From positions 21,576,001 to 21,640,000 of the forward strand of contig NC_042997.1 of NCBI RefSeq assembly GCF_006345805.1: DNA of 64,000 bases, in the 5' to 3' direction. Of the stretch, positions 52,611 through 64,000 are shown in pieces. The position numbers and the translations under genes are program-made. Origin of the DNA: Octopus sinensis (taxonomy: Eukaryota). The notes under the pieces are model-generated. The model saw only the letters and a program-made list of their open reading frames with translations. It ran no database searches and was not told the DNA's origin. Position 1 is the first letter of the stretch; each line of letters begins with the position of its first letter.

Positions 52611-55147
52611 CAGTAGTTTTATTTTTATAGCGTGCTTTCACTTCACTACCGAGCGCAGCTCTGTGTGCCTTGGGTATGTGCTGTGATTTGTTGTGATGCT
52701 CTGATGGTTATTGTATGGAAAGTGTTCTGCGTAGGATGTGTGCAGTGCCTAGTAGTGCAATTTTCTGTATGTTATATGTGTTTGTAAGTCCTGGTGTTTT
52801 TGTTATGTATTTGTCTGAATATTTTTTTATCATGCCTAATGCACCTACTATGATAGGAATTGTTTCTGTTTTCAGATTCCACATTCTAGTTACCTCTGTT
52901 TCCAGGTCTTTGTATTTTGAGAGTTTCTCCATTTCTTTTAGAGACACGTTGTCATCAGCCGGTATTGATACATCAATTAGAAAGCATTTTTTTCTTCATG
53001 ATCTCTGACAACTATATCTGGTCTGTTGGCCTTAATTTCTCTGTCTGTGTGTATCGGCATATCCCAGAGTATGGTTGCTTTCTCGTTTTCTGTGACCTTT
53101 TCTGGTGTGTGCCTATACCATCTTTTTCTGTTGTTATTCCATAATGTTGGCATAGCTTCCAATGTATGTAGGTTCCAACTCTGTCATGTCTGTGAATATA
53201 TTCCTTCTTAGCCAGGACTGGGCAGCTAGAGATAATATCATTTATTGTTTCTTGTCCATCTCCACATATTCTGCAGTTACTTGTAATATTTCTTTTCATT
53301 ACATGTTTTTGGTAATTTCTGGTGGGGAGGCTTTGGTCTTGTGCTGCAATTAAAAATCCCTCTGTTTCTGCTTGAGTCCTGAGCTTCTCAACCATTGCTG
53401 GGATTTTTCTTTGTCTATTTCTTTTGCGTTTAGTTTAGTCCAGTATTTACCATGAAGGGGCTTTTCTTGCCATCGTTTTATCATGGTTCGTTGCTGTTCT
53501 ATTTTTAGTTTGGATTTCATTTGTTTTATAGCTTTTGTTGTTTCTTCATCTTATTCTTCTTCTTCGTGTTTATTAGGTGGTATGATTTCTTGTTTGTATT
53601 TGTCAGCTTCCTTAAATACTGAGAACAGTTTTTTGTTTTGCTCGTGTTTTGCCGCTATCTGGATCAGTTTTCCTTCCTTCTGAAGTAGATATTTTTGCAG
53701 TCCTATGGTGGTTATTTTATAGTAGTTTTCCAGCTGTATAAGGCCTCTACCACCTTCTATACGTTGTATATATAGTCTTCCTATGTCAGATTTTGGGTGA
53801 TGCATCCTAGATCCCGTCATTATTTTTCTTGTTTTCCTATCTATTTTGGTCAGTTCATTTCGTGTCCAGTTAAGGATATTGTAGCTGTAACTTATAACTG
53901 GGACAGCTAAAGTGTTGATACCTATTATCTTATTTTTAAGATCTAGTATTGATCTAAGTATTTTTAAGATCTAAGTATTGATCTAACTCGTCTATAATAT
54001 TCTTTTTTATTTTTTATTTCATTTGTGTGTGTTGTGTCTTATCTAGTTCATGGATTCCTAAGTATTTGTAAGTTTGGCTTTGGTCTAATTCTTTTATTTC
54101 ATTGGTTTTATCTAGTGTGATGTTGTTACTCTTAACTAGTTTCCTCTTTTCAGGGTTACTTTGGCGCATTTTTCTAATCCAAATTTCATATCTATTTCTT
54201 TGGTAAATCCATGAACTGTCTTTAATAGTGTTTCCAGCTTTTTGTCATTTGCAGCGTATAGTTTTAGGTCATCCATATATAAAAGGTGGCTGATCGTTTT
54301 GCCGTAACATTTATATCCGCATCCAGTTCTATTTAGCATATCAGATAGAGGTGACAGTGCCAAGCAGAAAAGGAGTGGAGAGAGCGTGTCTCCCTGGAAT
54401 ATTCCTCTTCTAATGGGGATGTCTTTGGTTTTCATGAGTCCTCCTTTTGTTTGGAGGTGTAGGACTGTTTGCCATTTATTCATAGAGTGCTCTATGAATT
54501 TTATGATTGTTGGTGCTACTTTGTTAATGGCTAGTGTTTCGAGGATCCATGTGTGGGGGATGCTATCAAACGCCTTTTTGTAGTCAATCCAGGCCATACT
54601 GAGGCCTTTCTTCTTTCTGTGGCTGTCTTCAGTTATGGCTTTATTAATCATTAGTTGATCTTTACAGCCATATGAGCCTTTGCGGCATCCTTTCTGCTCT
54701 TCTGGGAACAGTTTGTTTTCGTCCAGGTGCTTGTTCAGCCTTTGTGATATCACTGCAGTAAATGCCTTGACATAGTAGGGAGGCAGGTTATTGGTCTGTA
54801 GTTTTCTGGTTTTTCTGTTTCATTTGATTTGGGAATTAAGCTGGTTTTCCCCTTCGTGAGCCATTCAGGCATTGTCTCTGGCTCTGCTAGTACGTTGTTA
54901 AAGTTTTCAGCCAGCTTTTTGTGCATTCCTGTTAGAAGTTGGGGATCTTGTCATGCCCAGGTGCCTTCCAGTTGCTTAGTCTTTGCAGTGCCTGGGTGAC
55001 CTCTTCAGTTGTTATGGGGGTTCAAAGTTGTTCAGATGCCGAGTTTGTTATTTTGATACTCCTTTTTTTTGGTGGTTCGTTCGCCGACCATATTTCTCTC
55101 CAGAATTCTTCCAATTCTTCTGCCGTTGGTGCTGCAGTGATTTCTAT
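52611..55147 (-). mobile_element. 5'-truncated Dong/R4-clade element (RT, Cys/His finger, REL endonuclease) flanked by (TAA)n on both sides
   Basis: NWKAPGHDKIPNF; EEQKGCRK..WIDYKKAFDSIPH..GIFQGDTLSPLLF..YMDDLKL (54136-54753); CRICGDGQETI..RHD; ANRPDIVV; KYKDL..GALG..LGTAHILRRTL. (ATT)n at 52584-52610 and 55148-55236. Confidence 0.9.
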
Positions 55148-55239
55148 TTATTATTATTATTATTATTGTTGTTATTATTACTATTACTATTATTATTATT
55201 ATTATTGTTATTATTACTATTATTATTATTATTACTATT

Positions 55240-56120
55240 GCCTTTGCACAGCTTCTAACGTTGTAGATGTACTGCGGTGTCAGCTGTTCACTACCAATGA
55301 ACTAAGGTAACACCTCTGATTTTTCGAGCACCTTCCGGAGTATTCGAGCGGTTCCAAACTGTGCTGTTTTCTGCAAGTGTTCTACCCTTATTGCATCCCC
55401 TATTTGTGTAATTACATATTCCGTTGTTATGCTACATGGTCCTGTTGTGGAGTCTCAGGGCGATGGAGTTCGGATCTCACGGAATGAATCCACTCAACAC
55501 CGTCGTTGTGAGCAACCTCTTGTCTCCAGATGTTATTCCAAAATTGGCAGGTTTCTACTGCTTCAGGAAGTATATTAAAAACTGCCTCTGGTTATATGTG
55601 AATAACCTGTTTTGCTGGAACTGTGATATGCGATCAGTGTTGCGTTGCAGCTTTAATGTTTTTGCCCAAACGCGTTGTTTTAGGGTCTCGATAACAGATT
55701 TGAACCCATTCTTTTCTATTTGGAATTTTATTTTAAGATATACCCTTGCACCTTCTTTAGCACGTTTTCATTGTCCTTTGAACCATTCTTCTATGCGACT
55801 CAGATCTATATGCAAGCTTTTAATGTCACCATCACTTCTCTGCTCCCACCATGGCTCTTTCTGTCTGCATCCTTTCCTCTCTTTCTTTCTAACAAGTTCA
55901 CCTAATTAAATTGAAACTGATCTAATCAAGCCCCTTGTTTCTAGTAGACCTTTTGTTAGAATGTATTTCAGGATCCCATCAACCTTCTGGGTCGCGCGTT
56001 TCCCATTGTTACGGCCGAAGCTTCTCAAATTCACCGGTTTGGTCTCTGCTTTGTAACCATTATATCCTCGAGTCTTATCCTGAGGTCTCTCTGTTCCTCA
56101 ATCATATCCTCTCGTAATAC
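55240..56120 (-). mobile_element. Second Dong/R4-type family copy with an internal deletion (N-terminal region fused to the extreme C-terminus and 3'UTR)
   Basis: KEPWW..DLSRIEEW..QFQQNRLF and FWNNIW..HNDGVEWI join at about 55400 to IRVEHLQKTAQFGTARILRKVLE. A distinct 3'UTR and an (AAT)n tail follow. Confidence 0.7.
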
Positions 56121-56225
56121 AGTGTTCTCCACATTATAATGATTGGTCGACCTCCCTTCTACTACAAATTTGCTAGCCTTGAATCTAAATTAGAAAAAGT
56201 GTTGTTGTTGTTGTTGTTGTTGTTA

Positions 56226-56440
56226 AGGTAGCAGTCTGGCAGAATCGTCAGTATTAGGGAAAAGATGTTTGCTAGTAATTTTTCCGATCGCTTACGTTCT
56301 GAGTTCAAACTTCGCACAGGACGTCTTCGCTTTTCATCCTTCGGGAGTCGATAAAATAAGTACCAGTGGAGCACTTAGGTCCTTGTAATCGACTAGCCCC
56401 TCCCACAAAATTTCAGACCCTGTACCTATAGTAGAAAGAA
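56226..56440 (+). mobile_element. Degraded SINE
   Basis: ggcagaatcgtcag..gagttcaaac..ttcatccttcgggagtcgat. Confidence 0.75.
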
Positions 56441-59400
56441 CTTTCGTCGTCGTCATCGTCATCACCTTCGATTTTGTTGTTATTCTTATATTTTAGCTCA
56501 GAAAATCGTGTATTGAAATAACTCCCATTGATTTTATTTATAATGTTTGATTTTTCTTACAAATGTTAGAACTGTAGATTTTATTTTGTTGCTGCTATAT
56601 CAAAGAAGAGGAGGAAGAACTTACCTATTATGTACCTTACCATTCAGAGAAAGAAATTTTATGTCTGCTTTTTTGCCTTGAGGCAGGGAGAAATAATATC
56701 AAATACCAAATAAACAAATACAAAATAAATCATTTTCAGTATGTCGTGACGGTGGAAAATGATTCTAAAAATAGTTGTAGCCAATTTAGGGAAAAAATGC
56801 AAACATCTCATGTATTAGCAACGTTTTCCAAAATAACATTAATAATTTGAACAGCAACACGACAAAAATTTTTTTTAAATAAAAACATAAGTGTAGACGC
56901 ATGAGAAAACAACAACAGTAACAGACAATAATAACACTGTCAATAAAAGTGGAGGCATTAACAGCAATAAAAATGATATGTGATGAAAAACCTTCATTGT
57001 ACCAGCCAGTAACTTTACGCACACAAACTTAACATGATGGCGGAAATAATAGCGAAGAAACACAATCATCTGTCATGTGGAAGGCGGAAATCCAACCCCA
57101 AAAGGAAATATGTTAGGAGGTGGAGTGGAGAACTAAATAAGATTTTATAATTAAGTTAAAATAAGTAGAACAACAGCAATGACCCATTTTCAAGGATTCA
57201 ACGATTGGAGGAAGAAACAAAAAAAAGGAGATGAAGGCCGGGGAGCTAAATCCTTGCAACAAAGCGGATATCCCTTAAATTATTGAAGCACCAAGTATTG
57301 GTATAAAACTAAATGAGGAACTTAAATTTTCCACCTAAGTCAGGAATTGTCCCTCTAATGCGATTCTATATTGTCGACGTGTACTAAACTAAATTACACA
57401 CTTTTGATCAATCCGAAGCTTAAGTAGAAGACACTTGTCCAAGATACTGCACAATGGGATTGAACCTAAAATTTCCTAGTTACAAAGTAAGCGTCTTAAC
57501 CACACAGCTACAGCTATCCCTATTCATATGCATTTCCATAAAACAAAGTGTCCTGGAAATACGCATAGAAAAGATGTCTAAGATATCACTGAAAGTGTCT
57601 GACCACACTTAAACCATGTGATATGGAACTTTCCTTTGAATTAGTTATTTTGTTCCATCATTAGCAACAGTAGACGGGAAATCCACTGTAAAATGTGTAA
57701 CAGAGTTCACAGCGTAGCTTCTTTACAAAAGTAAATGATTTCTGAAGGTGTAAGCAATATTAACACCAGAAGCATACAGGGCCATTCCTGATACTCTCCT
57801 AATAAAATACTCTCGGGTGAACAATCTGAGACATGTGATATGAAGAAGGAAAGGTTCGATATTTCTTATATAGAGATGAAATATATTTAAAAGCTCCCTG
57901 TCCTAAAAAACCAACAACAATAACTAACATAATCTGAAATGCTTTGAGACAGCCGAAATAAGAACATCTACAAAAGTAACAAGAGTAACATGAAAATGTA
58001 GACTATTGTTGTTACCTCACAGCCGTCAGTTAGTCGCAATAAATTCACGATCGGCAGTGGCAGTGAGTAAAGAGAACCTTTGTCGGCATCGACATAAAAT
58101 TTGTAGAGGTACTATTAACTTTATTCGATGCTTCATTTGTAACACAATTTCGGCGAAAGACCCGACCTTAAAGATAGAAACGAAATCATACAATAAGATG
58201 GTCTACATACAACTCAGAATGACATGCCAGTTAATAGGGATGAATCTAAAATAGATGTAACGAACTTCAGAAACAGGAAGTTGCGAAAAATGTCACTGGG
58301 CTGCAACAATAGTAGGGAGCATTTTCTGGGGATCGTATTTGAGGCTTTTGTAGATGTTTTTATTTCAACAATTTGTGTTAGTTTTGAAGTGCATATAGTT
58401 GCGTGCTTTCTATAATTGTTATTTTTTTAAATTCTCTAACTTCGTGCAGCAAAATCACAACAGAAAGTAACAAAATGGCTCGTGCAGTCTGTTACAGTTA
58501 TTCAAAAGAGCAACGTAAAGCTGATGGCTGATATATAAAAATGTTCGCTTAAAGCATTGTGTTGAAGTGGGGAAAATCATGTTGTATTTATAAATAAATA
58601 GTTCTAGACGTTCTTTCTCTGAAGATATGGAAGAGTTGCTCACAAGTGATGGCCTTCCTGAAGATCACAAGAATTTACTGAAGACTTCTGAAATCAAAGA
58701 GACTTGCCGCGTACATATTCGATTATGATATTGTAACTATTAGTAAACATAGGTCTTTTTCGGTCGGCACATATTTGGATCCACCTTCTTAATTCGGAAT
58801 TTACATTTTATTCGGTCTGCAGAGAACAAATGGATTGACTATTATAAATAATAAACAATGTCGTCTTTGCCTTTCATCGTTTCGGGGTCGATAAATTATG
58901 TACCAGTTGCGTACTGGCGTCGATGTAATCGACTGGTCCTCTCCCGCAAAAGTTCTGGCCTTATGTCTAGAGTACAAAACAATATTACTACTGTAAATAC
59001 ATGAATTTCTCCCAAAGAGTAGAAACGTTTATTTTTCAGAACAATATACCGAAATTTGTTGGTGCAACATTGAAGTACTACATGCATTTCACCTTTCAAA
59101 AACAGCATTCTTTCAGCAAATTCTCGAGTTGAATTAGTAATAGAAAAGTGAAAGCAACCAAAAATTAAAACCGTATCCAAGAATTCTGATAGCCAATCAT
59201 ACACAGTTGCAGAAAGTGTTTCATTAAATAACATCTTTTTTAAAGTACGCATAATGAAGGAAGATTTCTATACCAGTATTGAACATTATAAATGCAACTA
59301 GAGCAGATAGGATAGCTTTAGAAATATAATATTTATAGTTCCATTTATACGGAGAAATATGTTTGGCAGTTGTCTAGCAAGAAAACGAGAAATTTTGGAA

Positions 59401-59885
59401 TCATTGAAAGACAGAGATTGTAAATAGATCACAGCATGCTACAGAAATTATTTTGTTTCCATTTCTATTAAATCAGGAACTATAAATGAAGGAAGATAAT
59501 TTTTTCTTTATTTTGTCACTTGGCATTGTTTCCAAATATGCCTACAACGATTTTTACAAGTAAGATTACCATATCTTTTTCGTTCGGATTAAATAGGAAT
59601 TATTGCCCAGAAGCAAGACGTCGAAAAAAATTCAATCCACGGATCAAGCAATAAGAAAATAAAATTTTCTTTCGAAAGCGTATAAGTTTAGCAATGAGAA
59701 ATAAAATTTTTGAGAGAACAAAATTTTGTGTAAATGTAAGCGAGTACACACATCACACGCACTTGCGTGACCACACGTGCAGACTCATATATACTCGAAC
59801 GCTAATCTCATGGGTTATTGTCTATAGAGAAAGAGAAAAGTTTAATACTTAGTACATAAACACATAAACCCACACGCGTGTATGT

Positions 59886-59929
<44 letters not shown>

Positions 59930-59989
59930 ACATACATACATACATTCATACATATATATATATATATTAACGTGAATGTCGAACGACGA

Positions 59990-61100
59990 GAATGAGTGCT
60001 CAACACCGCATTGAAGGATAAAATTTATTTGTGTATATGGCGGCCATTGATTTCAAATTAAAACAAAATCTTAATATCTCAACAATTTTTCAAGCAGATC
60101 ACACTGACGAATGGTGTTCATCTCCAAAATAGATTTCATTGCCAAAGCTACATGTCTGGTACTAGAAGAGAACACGTTTAGATTCGATGATAAATAATAT
60201 CGACAGATAAAGGACACGGTTCAGGAGACGAGGTTTGCACCCTAATATGCTAATCTAGTCATGAGGTTCCTAGAAAATAAGCTTTACGATGAAATAGAGA
60301 AGGCTTTTAATAATTACAAGAAGTACATCAGAATGGAAGCGCTTAATTTTTTGGGACAGGTCAAATGAAGATCTTCAAATATTTAATAACATCCTCAACA
60401 TACTTCACTTATCTATCAAATTCATGACAGAAACTAGTTATAATGAATTACCATTCTTGGATATTCACATAAAAATACACGACTCCACAGTGACAACCGA
60501 GATATTTTTAAAAAAAGAAAACGGAGGTGTGATACTCTTGCTATCCCGCACATATCAAAAGGAACATCCCATAGAGTAAGGCATGACGTATCTGTACGAT
60601 ACTAATTGACTCCCAAAATACATCAAATCCGAATTAATGAGCTCACAGGTTTCTTAAAAATAAAGAATTACCCCTTAAAATTTATAAATGATGGAATTAT
60701 AAAGGCGATGGAGCTGAACATCACACAAGAGGAACGACACAAGATTCCAATGAGTAAACATATAGAAATATGTGGATAAGGAAAATTCAAAATCTTCCCC
60801 TTCTAGAAATGTTGAAGGGATGACCATTTTATAAAAAAACAATTCTCACCAAAACAATACGTTCGAAAGAAAAGCAACGATAATATGCATGAACACTCTT
60901 TCAAATGGAGCAATTTATGGACAACACAGTTTTCTTACACAGCCGCTGTACCCAGCTAACTTTCATGGAAAATACGGCTGGGGAGAAATAATGCGAGTAC
61001 TTGAATACTACAGTTTTACCCTCTCCAAGCATATCGTTTTAAATCAATCAACATTGGAGCGAAGGTATATTTTCATTGAACTTTGAACTCTAGATATATT
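59990..61100 (+). mobile_element. Degraded Penelope-like element (RT to GIY-YIG), a different lineage from the 37-kb element
   Basis: Broken frames give LVLEENTFRFDDK.YRQIK, TRFAP*YANLVM.FLENKLY, ELPFLDI, HIKRNIPY and ELTGFLK.KNYP. Confidence 0.75.
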
Positions 61101-61480
61101 TGATACTTTATAATTGTGAATATACTTACTTAAGAATCATTTTTCAATCACAAAGAAACGTTTATATCTACAAACATTTTAATATGTATATGATAAGGGA
61201 AGGAGGGGAGGGGGGAGACTTTCAAAATCAATGATTGAATAAAGAATAACATTTTGAATTGAAATTGAATTTCAAAGAGTTGACCACATCGATACAAATT
61301 ATAAATTGAAAAGAAGCTTCTTTCTCTGTCTTTCCCTTTCATTTTTCTTCTTTCTCTTTGCTCTTTTCTTTTTCTTCCTACAAGTGACATCTTGAGAGGC
61401 CATTTAGCATCAGCATACTTTTTTCTTCTCTCTCCTCCCTTCCTCCGTTTTTCTCTTTCTCCTCTTCTAAACAAAAAACA

Positions 61481-61513
<33 letters not shown>

Positions 61514-61574
61514 CATATCTCAATTTTCAATACTAATGTGTATACTTACAAATATGTTAATATGTATATAATCC

Positions 61575-61960
61575 TTTTTACTATAGGCACAAGGCCTGGA
61601 ATTCGGGGGAGGGGACAGTCGATTATATTGACTCCAGTGCATAAATGGTACTTAATTTATCGACCCCGAAAGGGTGAAAGGCAATGTTGACCGCGGCGGA
61701 ATTTGAACTCAACGTAACGGCAGACGAAATACATATTTCTTTATTACCCACAAGGGGCTAAATACAGAGAGGACAAACAAGGAGAGACAAACGGATTAAG
61801 CTGATTATATCGAGCCCAGTGCGTAACTGGTACTTATTTAATCGACCCCGAAAAGATGAAAGGCATAGTCTACCTCGGCGGAATTTGAACTCAGAACGTA
61901 GCGGCAGACGAAATACCGCGAAGCATTTTGTCCGGTGGGCTGATTATCCTGCCAGCTCAA
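61575..61960 (-). mobile_element. Dimeric SINE
   Basis: Same structure as 26248-26633. Confidence 0.85.
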
Positions 61961-62859
61961 TTTCTTTTATTAAGGCACATGGCCTTTATAAAGAGTTGAC
62001 ACTACAAGAAAAGACGTTTGCCACAGTAAGTAGGTTGTAGTGTCCACTCCGCTAATATCAAGGCTACAGTGGAGTACTTCTTTTCTTCTGTAGCAATAAC
62101 CATTTTAGCCATTTTGAAATGTGGCGCGAATTGGCAATATGACGTAATGTCTTTGCCGAAGAATTATCATTTTCGTTTTTTTTCCATTGGTTAATATAAC
62201 TGCTCATATAAAGATTCTAGAAGTTTCGAAAAGAATATTGGTCATGGATTTCGATTCTTTTTAAGTCAAGTTGAGCAGTTATAAAAACCCTGGATTTTGG
62301 AAAATATTTCAGTGTTCGTTGGTTGTCACATAACTCCACGGCACTCACTCTTTTGAGACATCGGTAAATTTTCATGCCATGTCTAAGTTAATCACAAATC
62401 TATTTTGATTTGTTGGTTAATGTATTAGATAGAAAGAAGAAATTAGCTAAGGAATTTATAGTCGTTTTCTTCACGACAAAGTTATCTTTCTTACTGTAAA
62501 TAATATAAAATGTTATATTTATATAATAAAAAATAATTAAAAAGAAAATGTTTCTCTTCACGTTTGTTTTTCAACTGAGCATAGATAAATATGCATTTCT
62601 GTAATCTTTGATTTATGTTTCTTATAGCGGTTTAAAGGACACGATTAAAATATTCAACATACATGTCATTAATATAGCGTTCCATGCGTATGTGTCTATA
62701 TGACGTTATTACTGTAGTTAGGGTTTTTAGGTATAATGATAACACTTTAGTATAAGTGACGTTGAATCATTATATTCTCCCTTACTCAGAGAAAAGCCAA
62801 ATAAAATAGTTATAACACCGTCAGACTTCAGTGGGCTGCTCTTCGTGCTGTTCTACTTC

Positions 62860-63560
62860 ACTTTCCTGCTGAAGGCACTTTGCTTTCATAAAATATTTTT
62901 GCTTACATAGAAAACATGTTGGAGGTCTTCCCCCACACCCACTCTTAGCGTAATGTCTTCTGGTAGAAGAACCTCTTCTACAATTCCATGTAAGTCTTTT
63001 AACCCAACTTGAATTATCATTTCAAGGCCGTAGCCCAACAATTAACTTCCTTTGTTCTGGTTATCTTCAGAATCCTTGCATCTTCCGCCATTTCGTGCAT
63101 GACTGCTGTCACCAGCCATACCTCTTCGATCTCGGTGGGGGAACTTTGCTGACTCTCACTCTGGCAATGTTTGCCACAGTACATCGGCAGCACCCACTCG
63201 TGTGTCCTTATTGGCTCAGTGGAGTGGTTAATAGCGTCCTTGTCACTGGAGAACCTAACCCCCACTGTGCCGTATTTTCTTCCACGCGTATAGTAGGTGG
63301 TTAATCCTCTCACTTCACCTAGACATTCCTCTATTGCCTCTACTGGAGCAATCTCTATTTTCTTGGTAGTGGTTGATAACGTCCTGTAGAGGGCCATCTT
63401 CCTTGCTACATTCTTTATCACTTCTTTTGGTCAGCTTTAATCTGGCCCCTTCCTTTTGTAACAATTTGTTTCCTTTTTCCTATTCCTCTATTTTTATCTC
63501 GCGAACTTCAAGGGTGTTGGTCGTAGTACCTTGTGTAGTTGCGACACGTTCCATTTCACT
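62860..63560 (-). mobile_element. Degraded gag-like ORF1 of a non-LTR element with a CCHC knuckle
   Basis: ORF 63017-63421 continues after a frameshift into VVWGRPPTCFLCKQK...KAKC, a degenerate C-x2-C-x4-H-x4-C. No ORF2 is seen downstream. Confidence 0.5.
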
Positions 63561-64000
63561 CTTTTCACACTTCACCCATAATGAGGAAGCAACAATTTTC
63601 AAAAGCAGGCAGAACGCAGCAATGAAAATTCAACAATTCAACAATTTAAACAATTCAACGAATCTTGGTTCTCCCGCGCGGGAAGACCTACCACAAACAT
63701 AAAATGAAAGTGTGTAACAGTAACAGTGTGTAACAATTGAACTTACGTCAAAGAAACTACTACCAATACCCTTCCATAGTGAAGTAGATAGTCCACAGTT
63801 CAGTTGGTAAAGACTTCAGTTATCCATCGAGGTTTACAATAACAGGACTCACATGGAGCGTACACACTTTCTACTCAAAAATAGACGTTTCTGCCAGCTC
63901 GCCGCCTTGTCAATATGTATATAATGAGGAATAGTATTGCCCAAATAAATATTTGGATACAGTTATCTGGAATAGCCTTTCGCAGAATTAACATGTTCAC

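Noticed and set aside
58610-58700. Three CTGAAGA motifs in 70 bp and a short open frame (DMEELLTSDGLPEDHKNLLK)
   Set aside because: Irregular spacing, no downstream GAAA-stem, and weak splice signals.

Overview
AT-rich, repeat-dense animal genomic DNA. The SINE, RTE, Dong/R4 and Penelope repertoire and the (TA)n/(CA)n density look to me like an octopod cephalopod (Octopus); this is an inference from recognised repeats, not a database result. I cannot support any host protein-coding gene, tRNA or rRNA, and most short ORFs in the track are microsatellite or repeat artefacts. There is one 100-N scaffold gap (4442-4541). Contents: (1) several Penelope-like elements (PLEs), including two near-perfect fold-backs anchored in (TA)n (15.8-16.8 kb with ~440-bp arms; 35.7-38.8 kb with ~1.51-kb arms) and a ~240-bp mini fold-back, plus type-I hammerhead-like folds that I could pair by hand; (2) a near full-length CR1/L2-type LINE (30.0-34.65 kb, minus strand) whose ORF1 reconstructs as a Myb/SANT-trihelix-like domain, a Q/P/S-rich linker and four CCCH-like fingers; (3) a 2.38-kb pol-less LTR element with TG..CA LTRs, a tRNA-Trp-type PBS, a PPT and a GATA target-site duplication (TSD), inserted in a SINE; (4) Dong/R4 elements in (TAA)n, one sitting in the tail of another; (5) RTE LINE fragments, two mariner/Tc1 fragments and many SINEs; (6) a local multi-switch duplication (15-20 kb) that preserves the empty site of one Penelope fold-back. 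Coordinates of degraded elements are approximate (tens of bp).
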